Below are positions 21,805 through 33,249 of a stretch of DNA of 64,000 nucleotides, piece after piece. Origin of the DNA: an uncultured Chloroflexia bacterium. Lineage in GTDB: Bacteria > Chloroflexota > Chloroflexia > Thermomicrobiales > UBA6265. Position numbers and translations under genes: made by a program. The notes under the pieces were generated by a model that saw only the letters and a list, made by a program, of their open reading frames with translations, did not search any database and was not told where the DNA came from. The DNA lies in contig CAVZSG010000001.1 in the NCBI GenBank assembly GCA_963777865.1, forward strand, positions 194,064 through 258,063, given 5' to 3'. Position 1 is the first letter of the stretch. Each line of letters opens with the position of its first letter.

Positions 21805-23204
21805 ATGACTGATTCGACGCGTGCAGCCTCGATGGACAAGATCGTTGCGCTTTCCAAACGGCGGGGTTTTGTCTATCCAGGCTCAGATATTTACGGCGGC
21901 CTCGCCAACACCTGGGACTACGGACCACTCGGCGTTGAGCTCAAGAACAACATCAAGCGACTGTGGTGGAAGACCTTCATCCACCGCCGCCGGGACATGG
22001 TCGGCCTCGACGCCGGCATTCTGATGCACCCCACGGTTTGGGAAGCATCCGGGCACGTCGTCAACTTCAATGATCCGCTGGTCGATTGCAAAACCTGCAA
22101 AAGTCGGTTCCGGGCCGATCACCTGCTCGAAGACAAACTCGGGATGCACGCCGAGGGCAAGACGCCGGACGAAATGTCGGCAATCCTCCGCGAAGCCAAT
22201 CTCGCGTGCCCGAACTGCGGCAATCGCACGCTGACCGACGCCCGCCAGTTCAACATGATGTTCAAGACCACAATCGGCCCAGTCAGCGAAACCGGCACCG
22301 AGGTCTATCTCCGACCCGAAACGGCCCAGGCAATGTTCGTCCAGTTCAAGAACATCGTCGCGACCAGTCGGGTCAAACTGCCGTTCGGCGTTGGCCAGAT
22401 CGGCAAGGCGTTCCGGAACGAAATCACGCCCGGCAACTTCATCTTCCGCGACATCGAGTTCGAGCAGATGGAGATCGAGTACTTCGTCCGCCCGTCGACG
22501 GCGCCGAAATGTTCGAGGAGTGGCTCGGCCGCCATGCAGAACTGGCTGGAACTGCTGGGCATTAATCCGCGAGCACGTCCGCATCCGCGAGCACGCTAAG
22601 GAGGAACTCTCCCACTACTCGAGCCGCACCCTCGATTTCGAGTACCTCTTCCCCGGCTCGATGGGTTGGCGCGAACTCTACGGTCTCGCCAATCGCACCG
22701 ATTTCGACCTCAGCAAGCATCAGGAATTCAGCGGCGAAGACCTCCGCTATTTCGAGCAGGAAACAGGCGAGCGGTTCTTCCCGCACGTCATCGAACCCAC
22801 CTTCGGCGTCGATCGGACGATCCTGATCACGCTGCTCGATGCCTACGACGAGGAAGAAACGGTCGACGTCAATGGCAAGGCCGATACCCGGGTTGTCCTG
22901 CGACTGGCCCCGGTTATCGCTCCGTACAAGGCCGCGATTCTGCCGTTGATGAAGAAGCCGGAACTGACCGACATCGCACGAGCGCTGTTCGATGAAATCC
23001 AGGACCGAGACAGATTTCGTTGTTGACTATGACGAAACCGCGAATATCGGCAAGCGCTATCGTCGCCAGGACGAGATCGGCACGCCGTTTTGCTTCACCG
23101 TCGACTACGAATCCATCGACGATCGACAGGTGACCGTCCGACATCGTGACTCAATGAAACAGGAACGCATTCCGATCGACAGACGTGCGGTCGTTTCTGA
23201 TTGA
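21805..23204 (+). CDS. glyQS: glycine--tRNA ligase (homodimeric class II type); at least four apparent frameshifts
   Basis: [31 protein letters not shown]..., [30 protein letters not shown]. Three frame changes occur within 22490-22570 and one near 23000. Confidence 0.9.
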
Positions 23205-23236
23205 CGCAATTCGCTAACACGTAAAGAGGACGAGGG

Positions 23237-23874
23237 GGATGCCCGAAAGTAACCAGGAACCAATCAGAAACGCGAGCGCAGCGACGCCAGGAGATGGTCA
23301 AGAACCGTCGCGAATGAGCGCATGCAAAAGTACAACCGCAACAAGCGCGAAATGATGATGATCAAGTGGGGCTCAATCGCGCTGGCCGGTCGTCATTCTC
23401 GGCGCAATCGGCTTTACGCTGCGTCAATTACCTCCAGGACCGCGATCTGAATCGCGAGCCAGAGGGCGTGATGGTCTCGAATACGCTGCCTCGAATCACG
23501 TCGAAGGCGACATCGATTATTCTGCCCAGGCCGAGTACCAGGGCGAAGTCCCGCCAGCCGGCGGCGCGCACAACAGCACGCCTCAGCAATGCGACGTGTA
23601 CGAATCACCAATCCGGCAGGAAGCAGTGATCCACTCACTGGAGCACGGCGCAGTCTGGATTACCTATCAGCCGACACTGCCACAAGATCAGATCGACTCG
23701 CTCAAGGCATTGGCCGAAGGTGACCCCTACATGATGATGAGCCCGTACGAAGGTTTGCCGGCACCGATCGTGCTTACTGCCTGGGATCATCAGCTGCAGA
23801 TGCAGGCATTTGATCAGGACGACAGTCGAGCGCTTCATCCGCAGTTACAAGAACAAGAACGGAATTACCCCTGA
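23237..23874 (+). CDS. DUF3105 domain-containing membrane-anchored protein; apparent frameshifts
   Basis: HSLEHGAVWITYQP...LTAWDHQL in ORF 23596..23874. The upstream TM helix and the HVEGDIDY...PPAGGAHN segment are recovered in other frames. Confidence 0.6.
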
Positions 23875-23923
23875 ATTCGGTGCGTCGTGCTCCGGAACAA
23901 CCATGACGATCACTCCGTAATAG

Positions 23924-24882
23924 TTAGTCCGGAAGCGAAATCTTCATCTCTGGATCGGGCATTGAGGCATCGTACTCAGTGCCCGATTCTGCAATCTGCA
24001 GCAGCCCATCCCGCTCCAGCCCTCGCACAACCCCATACAGCCACGGCAAATCCTCGTCACTGAAATCGACTTTGATGTTCGTTCCGAGCTCTGCCAACGA
24101 CGAGGAGTGATCCCGCCGAAGGTGCTCGACCACCCGTCCTCGAAACTGCCGATTGGACCCCTCGAACGTGCCCTCGTTCTTGAGTCGGACACCTTTGGGC
24201 AATAGCGGCAATGTCGGTCTGAATCTGCGGATACGCCAGGCACTCGCTCTGCAGCGGACATATCACACAGGCCGGTCGCCGCTGCGTGCACTGCAGCGCT
24301 CCAAATTCGATCAACGCCTGGTTCCACATCCAGCCATTGCCCGTCACCGACCAGCTCGTCGGCCAATGTCGAGCAGCTCGGCCTCGCTCGCGGTTCGCTC
24401 GGGATAATCACTACCCACAAGCAGCCGGTGAATCACCCGCCGCATGTTGGTGTCGAGAAATGCCACATCCTGTTCGAATGCAAACGCAGCAGATCGCCCC
24501 GGCCGTATACGGACCAATCCCAGGCAGGCGTTGCAACTCGATCGGTGTGCTCGGAAAAGCCCCACGCGTGTTCCTCGACCACTGCCTGCGCCGTTCGCTG
24601 AAGATTGACCGCCCGCCGGTTATATCCAAGCCCGGACCACAATCGAATCACGTCGGCCGTCGGCGCGCTCGCCAGATCCTGAACCGTCGGAAATGCGGCC
24701 AACCACCGCTCGTAGTAGGGGATGACCCGGTCGACCTGGGTCTGCTGGAGCATCACTTCCGAAACCAGAATCCGGTACGGATCCCGCGTATTCCGCCACG
24801 GCAAATCCCGGCGGTTCACCGCGAACCACGCGAGCAATCCGCTTCGTACGCGTTCGATTAGGTCAGGATCGGTGCCAGTCAT
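23924..24882 (-). CDS. mutY: A/G-specific adenine glycosylase (MutY-like); several apparent frameshifts
   Basis: LPWRNTRDPYRILVSEVMLQQTQV, LQRLPGIGPYTAGAI, FLDTNMRRV and the Fe-S loop QCTQRRPACVICPLQSEC are spread over four overlapping minus-strand ORFs. Confidence 0.8.
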
Positions 24883-25017
24883 CCCGCAAGCATATCCGTC
24901 CGAAGTAATTAACCGCCGACGATTCGATACTGGTTGCCGCACAGCACTGCGGACCCGTAAACTGCTTCGAATCAAAAAGATCAGTCCGGCAAAGAAAGCA
25001 ATTCGAACGAGGAACTC

Positions 25018-26740
25018 ATGCGTCGCCCGCAACGCATTTTTGTAGCCCTGACAGTGCTTTCGCTGATAGCGGTTTGCCTTCCCGTGTGGGGACCGGCGAC
25101 CGTAGTTGCGAAGGATCCATCGCTTCACTTTCTCTACGGCTCAGGCTCCGTGACCGGGGGTCGGCCGCTGAACCTGCGAGTCGAACTGACAGCACCAGCA
25201 CCGCAGGGCGGGATCCGGGTCCGACTCTCGACCACCAACATAGCCGTCCAGGTTCCTGGTTCTGTCCTCGTCCCAGCAGGCAAGTCAGATCTCGCGTTTA
25301 CAGTGGCCACATCAGCCGTCGAGACCGAACTCTCAGTCACGATACGCGCTGAGTTCGGCGGAGTAACCAAAAGTCGCGCCGTCCAGATCAAACCACCTGC
25401 TCTCGCCGGACTGTCAGTGCAATCAGTGATGCGCGCAGGCGGTACCGCAAAAATCACGGTGAAGCTAACCGGACCCGCTCCGTCCAGCGGCATCAGTGTC
25501 GATCTGACCACCAACCGCCCGACACTCATCACCCCGCAATCTCCAGTCGTCATCTACCCGCAAAAACAGTCAGTCACAATCATCGTAAGTGTCGGCAACG
25601 TCCCACGCGAAGCACCCATCAACGTCATCGCTCGTCTCAACGGTGAGCGCCTGGTCGTGCCTTCAATCATCCGCAATTTCGACGCCCCGGTCTCTGACCC
25701 CAACTGCAACCGCAATCGTGCCATCGCAAACTCCGACCGCATCGCCGTCCAGTTCACCGACCGCCACGGCTACCAGAACGGTCCCGCCCTCAAGCTCCAC
25801 GCCGACGGCAACTTCGAGCGCCACCGCCTCACCAACCCAGGCACACACGACCACGGCAACGCCGGCACCGCTGTCGATTCAGTTCGAGTTGCAATCCCCA
25901 TCGGACGTTGTGGTCAAAGGTTCAACGGTGACCTTCGGTGTCTGTCCGTCAGTGCAGCCGGCCACACCAGCCTTCGTGAGTTTTCGTTCGAGCAACGAGA
26001 CGGCCGTTCGCTCAGTGGACATATCCCCAGAGACATGGGTGGTTCAGTCGGCCGCATGTCTGCTGGTTGAAATGCGGGGCCAATCGACCGGCGATAACAA
26101 CATCGGTGTCGGTGTCGTCAATCTGATCGCGAACCTGAACGGAACCGAGTTCATCTCACCACCCGTGACATTCATCATTCCGCCGGCAACAGCCACCGAA
26201 ACGCCCGCAGTGACAAACACGCCGATCCCGCCAACCGCGACCGCATCACCATCCAGCACCGCTACGAACATTCCGAGCTCGACTCCCACCGGGACGCCGA
26301 CATCTACCGCGACGGGAACTCCGACTCAGCCAACAGCCTCTGTCACGCCCACCACAACCAGCAGCCACAACAGCAACCGCTACCCAAACACCTCCCGTGA
26401 CCCCGACAACGCTGGCGTCCGATCCCGTCACCATCACCCTGATAGGTGAGCAAACGACTTTCGTTCGCGGCTCGTCGGTTTCCTTCCTGGTTTGCCTGAG
26501 CAATTCAGAAACTGGCACCCCTTTCGTCTCGCTGCGTTCCAGCAATGAGACGGCAGTAGATTCCAACTCGATTTCGCCGGGCAACGATGTGATGGTGATG
26601 ACGCCAGGCCAATGCATCACCCAAACCATGACCGGACGATTGGCTCGCAACAAATCGGGCTGGGCGAGGTCCAGATGATCGCCAACCTCGATGGCACGGA
26701 TTACTTCAGCCCTGCAGTCCAGTTCGTGAACGAGGATTAG
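25018..26740 (+). CDS. secreted protein with four ~95-aa beta-rich (Ig-like?) repeat domains separated by Pro/Thr-rich linkers; about three apparent frameshifts
   Basis: Signal peptide FVALTVLSLIAVCLPVWGPATVVA. Repeated pattern V(R/D/S)L(S/T)(T/S)(N/S)...V.(V/I)P......: RVRLSTTNIAVQVPGSVLV, SVDLTTNRPTLITPQSPVVI, VSFRSSNETAVRSVDISP, VSLRSSNETAVDSNSISP. PT-rich linkers at about 25.69-25.87 kb and 26.17-26.41 kb. Stop at 26738-26740. Confidence 0.6.
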
Positions 26741-26800
26741 GTCTCAAATCCCCCTCGCTACCTGTTCGAATCACGCCGTGCCCTGCTACCGTCTATCGGA

Positions 26801-27865
26801 ATGGAATCGTTCCATGACGGAGCACACGTGAAAGACGCGTTCAACCCAAAACTGGTCGTCGTCACTGGCGGCCTGGGATACATCGGCGGAGTTCTGGTAC
26901 CGAACCTGCTCGCTGCCGGTCACCACGTCCGCATTCTCGACTCCAATTTGTACGATGCCCCGATTCCGCGTCATGAGCGACTCGAAGTCGTCATCGGAGA
27001 CATCAGGAATGACCACCTCGTCGAGGACACCCTGACCGGAGCAGACGCCGTGGTTCACCTTGCCGCACTCGTCGGTGACCCCATCTGCGCCGTCGACCCG
27101 GACCTCACCCGCGCAGTGAACCAGACCGGAACCGAGCGCGTCCTCCAATCGGCCCGATCAGCCGGGATCAAGCGGTTCGTGTTCGCCAGCACCTGCAGCG
27201 TCTACGGAGCCGGATCAGGCGAATTATTGACCGAGGAGTCGCCGCTGAACCCGGTGTCCGTCTACGCCGAATCCAAAGTGCTCGCCGAAAACGCAGTCCT
27301 TGCCCAATCGACCGCTGAAATGGACACAATCGTTCTTCGCTTCGCAACAATCTACGGCCTCGCGCCGCGACTTCGATTCGACCTGGTCGCCAATCTCCTG
27401 ACTGCTCGCGCAAGTAGAGGACTGCCGATTTCGATCTTCGGTGGAGAGCAGTGGCGGCCATTCCTCCATGTAAGTGACGTCGCTCATGCGATCCAACACG
27501 CACTGGACCCCGAAACGTCGATCCGCTCGGGCATCTACAACGTCGGCTTCAGCTCGGAGAATTACCAACTCGCTGATCTCGGTCGCCTCATTGCGGAACT
27601 GATTCCAGGTACCGACCTGGTGATCGACCCAGCATCAACCGACAAGCGTACCTACCGCGTTGCCTTCGATCGGTTTACCGGCGCAACCGGAATTGAGCCG
27701 CAAACGACGTTACCATCTGGACTGGCCGAGTTGCGCGATGCACTGCTTGCTGATCCGCAGATCGACATCACCGATCCTCGCTGGAATAACGTCAAGCAGT
27801 TTCAGGCGCTCTTGCACCAGAATCTCAGTCGGCTAACGAACCCGGACTCCGGCTTCCCAGTCTGA
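26801..27865 (+). CDS. NAD-dependent epimerase/dehydratase (extended SDR) family protein
   Basis: VVVTGGLGYIGGVLVPNLLAAGH Rossmann motif, YAESK catalytic motif. Confidence 0.85.
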   Translation: MESFHDGAHVKDAFNPKLVVVTGGLGYIGGVLVPNLLAAGHHVRILDSNLYDAPIPRHERLEVVIGDIRNDHLVEDTLTGADAVVHLAALVGDPICAVDPDLTRAVNQTGTERVLQSARSAGIKRFVFASTCSVYGAGSGELLTEESPLNPVSVYAESKVLAENAVLAQSTAEMDTIVLRFATIYGLAPRLRFDLVANLLTARASRGLPISIFGGEQWRPFLHVSDVAHAIQHALDPETSIRSGIYNVGFSSENYQLADLGRLIAELIPGTDLVIDPASTDKRTYRVAFDRFTGATGIEPQTTLPSGLAELRDALLADPQIDITDPRWNNVKQFQALLHQNLSRLTNPDSGFPV

Positions 27866-28981
27866 TCGGAAGAACGCGACCAGTCGACTGATATTCGCCG
27901 TATCGTCAAGCAGAATGCCCGCCTCGCGATTCAGGTCGAGTGAGGTCTCGGTCAGATTCTGCGAACCGACCAGCGCAACCGTCCGGTCAATGATGATCGC
28001 CTTCGCATGACTGTAATGGACCGTCATCGTCTTGATCTGCACGCCATTGCCCGCTAATTCACGGTAGATCAGCAAGTCATCCGGTGAGGGCTCCGAAGGA
28101 ACCAGCACGCGCACCGCGACCCCATCTGCAACTGCAGCAATCAGTTGCTTCCGCACCGTCGCGTCCCGCACCACCTCGGCATAGATTTCGATCGATGATT
28201 CCGCACTTCCCAGAAGTTCATTCATAACCGCTCGACTGTTGTCCGGACTGGTGACGATCGAACCAGTCGGCTCATAACCGGTTCCGGACCAGTCCGCCTC
28301 GAACAATGCCGACATCTCCGCCACGTCATTCGGATTGGTAGATACCACCGCAAACTCCCGGTTTGCGGTCAATGCCGTCCACGAAAGATTGAGCGTCATG
28401 ATCACGGCCACCTCGCCATCCACCACAAATGTCTTGATATGCGTGAACCAGAAACGATCGCCAGACCACCGCACCTCAATCCCCGCCGCATCGAGCCGAT
28501 CGAACGCGTCCTGATTTGAGTTACCGCCCCCGAATGGATCCTGCTCGAGAATCACCCGCACGCGCACCCCACGCTCATGGGCGTCATGAAGCGCGTCGAT
28601 AACCTCGTCCGCCGGCAGCAAATAGACGTACAGTTCAATCGAGATTCGCGCCGCATTGAGTTCGTCGAGAATTGCGTCCCGACCATCATCCGGTAGCACA
28701 ACCAATCCCCGAAGACCCTGAGCGTTCTGGTCAGTCGTCTCTGATTGCTGGGTCGCAATCGCAGTGGCAATCGACTCCGCATACGACGGTTGACGGGAAT
28801 CGGCCAGCCAGTCCTGAACCCGGTCAGATCGCAATCCACCGATCGCCACGAGGCAGATAGCGACGAATACGATTAGCCCTGATAGTCGCCGCATGGAGTC
28901 GAGATCCGTCCGAAGATTGAAGTGAGATTCCTGGTCGTAACTTGTTTCCCGGGATAATAACCGCGACTCAATCTGACGCAC
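27833..28981 (-). CDS. phospholipase D-like protein (two HKD motifs) with N-terminal TM anchor
   Basis: HIKTFVVDGEVAVIMTLNLS and HAKAIIIDRTVALVGSQNLT. TM helix LIVFVAICLVAIGGL. The true start may be the internal Met at about 28894. Confidence 0.8.
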   Translation of the reverse strand: MRQIESRLLSRETSYDQESHFNLRTDLDSMRRLSGLIVFVAICLVAIGGLRSDRVQDWLADSRQPSYAESIATAIATQQSETTDQNAQGLRGLVVLPDDGRDAILDELNAARISIELYVYLLPADEVIDALHDAHERGVRVRVILEQDPFGGGNSNQDAFDRLDAAGIEVRWSGDRFWFTHIKTFVVDGEVAVIMTLNLSWTALTANREFAVVSTNPNDVAEMSALFEADWSGTGYEPTGSIVTSPDNSRAVMNELLGSAESSIEIYAEVVRDATVRKQLIAAVADGVAVRVLVPSEPSPDDLLIYRELAGNGVQIKTMTVHYSHAKAIIIDRTVALVGSQNLTETSLDLNREAGILLDDTANISRLVAFFRSDWEAGVRVR

Positions 28982-29087
28982 TGAAACCGACTCAATCGGG
29001 CGAATGGGCTACCCTTTTGGTTTGCAGCCCGGTTTCCGGACTCCGTCCGGACGCCTGAGTTGACCGTAGAACGCACCAATCACTGAG

Positions 29088-30627
29088 GTGACCATGCCCG
29101 CACGCCGCTCGTCGGCGAGGCTCATCCGCTTCGCACTTCCCGCCATCGTCGTCGCCCTGATCCTGCTTCCGGAGGCTTCCCGAACCACCTTCGGTCAGGC
29201 CACACCCGCCCAGGGAGATTCCCAGGTTATCGCCCAGGGTCTCGGCCGCTCCCCCTGCCGATCGCGTCGCCTGGCGCGTGGTCGAGCAGGAAATTCCCGC
29301 CCGCATCGATGCCCGCCCCTCCAATCGTATGGAGTCCAGCACAGGGTTTCTCCTGGCCGACGACACCTCGATCTTTGTTGCCGATCAGCGCACCAAGCTG
29401 CGCACCCGACTCGCTGAAGGTGAGGCCCAATTCATCCCAACTGGTTCAAACCAGACCTGGGCCAGCCTGGACGACGGCGAAGGGTCCGCCTACACCCTCG
29501 AACTGGTTGATCGTGACGTCGCAAAGGAAACTCCCGGCGGCGACCTGGTTTACGCCAGTAGTTCGTTCGAAATGCTCTCCGGTGACTACGACCTCGATCT
29601 GATCCGGGACGATGTCCCCGGCGGCGAGCGGGCAAGCATCGACCAGTTCAAGTATCCGGTCCTGATTTTCGTCACGGCCGGCGATGTCGAAATCACCTCG
29701 TCGCGCAGCGAAGACAAGGTCCGGATTGGCGCTGGAGAAGCAGTCGCGCTCCGGGGTGAACTGACTATCCGCGCCCGCGGCGATGACACAGCTACCTATG
29801 TCGCAGCCATCGTGGGTGACGCAATCTCCGGCGGAACAGTCGCCCCGACTGCCGAGCCTACCGATACGCCAACTGAAGCAGTCCGACGACGATCCGACCA
29901 GCACGCCAAAACCGAAACGCACACCGACCCCCGAACCCGAAGACGACGAGCCGGATGTCGCCGGCATCAACGACGGCTCCTCACTCCGGATCGCAGTTCG
30001 CCTCTGTCGCGACGGAATGACCTACTTCGCGATCGACCCCCGCGGTTGTGCGCGCGCCGAAGGTGAGTTCCAGTTGGCCCTGGTGTCTGAGGATGGCACT
30101 CGCCTGCGCATGAGCGATGCCAGCAAGGTCGAACCGTCGTTCGTTCGCTGGAGCGGGCTGGAGCCGGGAACCTACGTGCTCGTCGTCGGCAAGATGCCCG
30201 AGGGCTATATCAGCTATTCACTTGATGGCTTTATCTGCTGTTCGGCAAATGAGGGCTATGAGATCACCATCGGCGAAGATCAGTTGATCGATGGGACCCT
30301 CTACCTCTTCCAGGAAGCATTCGGCGTCGGTGCACCGCCGCCTCCCACCCAGGTGCCGGTCGCCCAACCCACCCAGCAAGCAGTCAATCCCTCACCAGGA
30401 GTCGACTCCGATGGTGACGGCCTGTCCGACGAACTCGAGGTCAACGTCTTTGGTACAAGCCCCTTCCTCGTCGATTCCGACGGAGACACGTTCCAGATGG
30501 GGTCGAGGCCTTCGGAACCAACGGTTGGCTTACAGCACCTGCTCTCCCCGATACTGACGGGGATGGGGTCGACGACAATATCGAAATCCAGCGAGGCACT
30601 AACCCGCTCGATCCCGGCAGTCGCTGA
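29088..30627 (+). CDS. secreted protein with C-terminal thrombospondin type-3-like calcium-binding repeats; about three apparent frameshifts
   Basis: Signal/TM segment LIRFALPAIVVALILLP. Central unassigned domains. DSDGDGLSDELEVNVFGTSPFLVDSDGD... and DTDGDGVDDNIEIQRGTNPLDP at the C-terminus. Stop at 30625-30627. Confidence 0.55.
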
Positions 30628-30668
30628 CCGGACGAACAACCGTAGAGACCGTCGAGAGGACTAGACGA

Positions 30669-32263
30669 GTGGATCACCAGCGCTTCGATCAGTTCACCAG
30701 GTTCCTCGCTCGCGAGACGAATCGACGGAACCTGCTGGTCGCGGCGCTCTCGGCCGTGGCCGGCACGCTCGGAATTCGCAAAACCTCGGCCCAATGTCTG
30801 GAACCCGGCGCCTTCTGTACCGAGTTCGACGCCTGCTGTTACGGGCTTTACCTGCTTTGAGGTCGATCTGTGATTGCCCGGTCGGGATTTACGACGACCT
30901 GGGCAACTGCGCCCCACCCGAACCGGTTTGCCTGAGCGCCGGGTATGAATGCACCGAGTTCGATACCTGCTGCAATGGCTATACCTGTTTTGAGGGTCTC
31001 TGCGATTGCCCAAGCGGATACTTCGACGACGAGGGCAACTGTGCTCCACCAGTTGAATGCATTCCTCCAGGTTCTCCCTGTCAGAACGGCGACGCCTGCT
31101 GCAACGGGTACACCTGCTTCGAAGCTATCTGTGATTGTCCCAGCGGAATCTTCGATGAATATGGCAATTGCGCTCCGCCGACCTCAACCTGTCTGCCACC
31201 CCAAAGCCCATGCTCAATCTCGGATACCTGCTGCGATGGGTTTTCGTGTTTTGAGGGTATTTGCGATTGCCCCAGCGGTCAGATCGATCCGTCCGGAATC
31301 TGCCTGCTGGACAGTGCACCCTGCCTCGGCGATGGCTTCGCATGTAGCTCCGAAGATGAATGCTGTGCCGGCTTTATCTGCACCGACGGACTTTGCCAGC
31401 AGTCCTCAGCGCTGGTTTGCCACGACATCGGCGAAGCGTGCGGATCAGATTCTGATTGCTGCGCCGAGTCGGGTGCGGTTTGCCTGGACGAACAATGCAG
31501 TTGCCCGACCCGCCACAAACTGATCATCGAGACGGGTGTCTGCTCCGGTGATTGTGTTTTCCCCGGCGAAACTTGTGACGACGAAACCCCCTGCTGCGAT
31601 GGCGCCGGCATCTGCGAGAAAGGCATTTGCACGTGCGCCGAGAACGAGCGGGCCTGTGGCGCGCTCTGCATCGACACCTCGATCAAGTACCAGCGCGACG
31701 AACGGAACTGCGGTTCGCGCGGCAATGCCTGCGAGGAAGGGGAGACCTGTTGCGGTGGCGTTTGTTACGCTCCCGACGATTTCCTCACCAATCCGGACCG
31801 CTGCGGAGATTGCTGCACCGCCTGTCACGCCAATCAGGTCTGCTGCGACGGAACCTGCCAGGATCCATTCGTCTCAGCCGATGGTGAAGACGAGATCTGC
31901 TGCCCGGATAGACAAATCTGCAATCCGGACGACAAGTCGGAGATCTGCTGCAATCCGACCGACACCTGCATCGGCGGAAACTGTTGCCCGGATACCTCAA
32001 CCTGCGGCGCGGAATGCTGCCCCGATGGATCGTTCTGCTATTGCGACACCTGCGTCACCGACCTTGCCATTTGCACGGTTGATACCGACTGCTGTGCCGG
32101 TTCCTGCGTGCTCGGGTTCTGCTGTCCGGAAGCATCAACCTGCACCGATGCCGATGGTGCGGTCATCTGCTGCGGCGGCCTGTTCGTCTGCGATCAGGAA
32201 CGCATGACGTGTCTGGCAATCGAACCGTCCCAGCCAGATCGACCGTCACGACCGCTGACCTAG
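30669..32263 (+). CDS. Tat-signal, extremely cysteine-rich modular protein (tandem knottin-like modules plus CC-rich C-terminal region); two apparent 1-nt frame changes near 30845-30870
   Basis: N-terminus MDHQRFDQFTRFLARETNRRNLLVAALSAVAGTLG, followed by seven modules of the form C-x6-C-x5-CC-x4-C-x4-C(-x-C). About 90 Cys in about 530 residues by hand count. Confidence 0.7.
30795..31636 (+). repeat. in-frame tandem array of 7 cysteine-knot-like modules; the first four are 43-44 aa (129-132 bp) units
   Basis: Module starts at 30795, 30929, 31058, 31190, 31322, 31418 and 31553. Example: CLSAGYECTEFDTCCNGYTCFEGLCDCPSGYFDDEGNCAPPVE. Confidence 0.75.
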
Positions 32264-33249
32264 CCCGTTCTGAACGCAGGCGCGACCTGCTCGCCCAACA
32301 GCCGGATCGTTTCGTAGTCGGCTGCGTCCTGTATCTGGACCACGAAATACTCGAATCCGAGCTCAACCAAGTCCCTGGTAGTACGCAATCACCGTCTCCG
32401 GCGAGCCGTAGATGCGGGTCCTGGTCTGCTCCTCGGTCAAGCCATTCGGGAAGTATGAGTCGAGCTTCGCCTTCGCCCCCTCGTCTCGAATCGGCCAGCA
32501 TCAACCACGATGTGAAGTGACTCTTGAGCAGCGTACTGGGGATCTCGCCCTGCCTCAGCGCACAACTCATCGATCCGGCGCAATTTCGCGAGGACCTGAT
32601 CGTCATTCTGGACGTTACCGGTATTCCGACTGCCGCCAAAGTTCGCGATGTCGGCCCACCGCACGACCTGCTTCAGCGTTTTCTCACCGGCTCCGGCAAT
32701 CATGATCGGCGGTCGAGGCAACTGGACAGGCGGCGCGGTAATCCATGCATTCTCGACCTGCCAATGCTTGCCAGCAAACGTGATCGGCTCCGGACCAAAC
32801 ATGCCGTCAATAATTTCCAGCGCCTCTTCCAACGCGGCCTGGCGCTCAGGGACCGCTGGAAACGGAATCCCGAGCTGCGCAAATTCAGGAGCATTCCATC
32901 CGATCCCCAGTCCGAGCATCAACCGGCCGTTGCTGATCCGATCAAGGTCCGAAGTCATCCGGGCGAGCATTGCCGGATGCCGGTGGAAAACGCAATTCAC
33001 AACCGAACCGAGTTGAATGGTGCTCGTCCGCGCTGCAACCGCCGCCAGATGCAACCAGGGTTCAATGTGATACCCCGGATGATCGCCAATCAGAAATCCG
33101 TCCAGACCAACCTCCTGGGCAAGCAGCCCAGCCCCGATCGCCGTCTCGGTCGGATTGGGATCACTCGGCAGCGGAAAAACCTGGACCGCAAAACGAATCT
33201 CCCGTTTACGCTCGGCCACCCATCGGTGAGCACTGGAAAAATCAACCAT
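32260..33249 (-). CDS. LLM-class (luciferase-like) flavin/F420-dependent oxidoreductase; about two apparent frameshifts at the 3' end
   Basis: RLMLGLGIGWNAPEFAQLGIPF... in ORF 32437..33249. The C-terminus (...LLGEQVAPAFRTG, stop at 32260-32262) is recovered in other frames. Confidence 0.75.

Noticed and set aside
25690-26410. Low-complexity ACC/GCC/CCG-rich DNA that could be mistaken for a tandem repeat or CRISPR-like array.
   Set aside because: It is in-frame coding sequence for Pro/Thr/Ser/Ala linkers of the repeat protein. It has no regular repeat-spacer periodicity.
26740-26800. tRNA-like T-loop string GTTCGAATC in the intergenic region.
   Set aside because: The flanking bases do not form a T-stem, and no acceptor or anticodon arms can be drawn. 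I found no tRNA or rRNA anywhere in the window.
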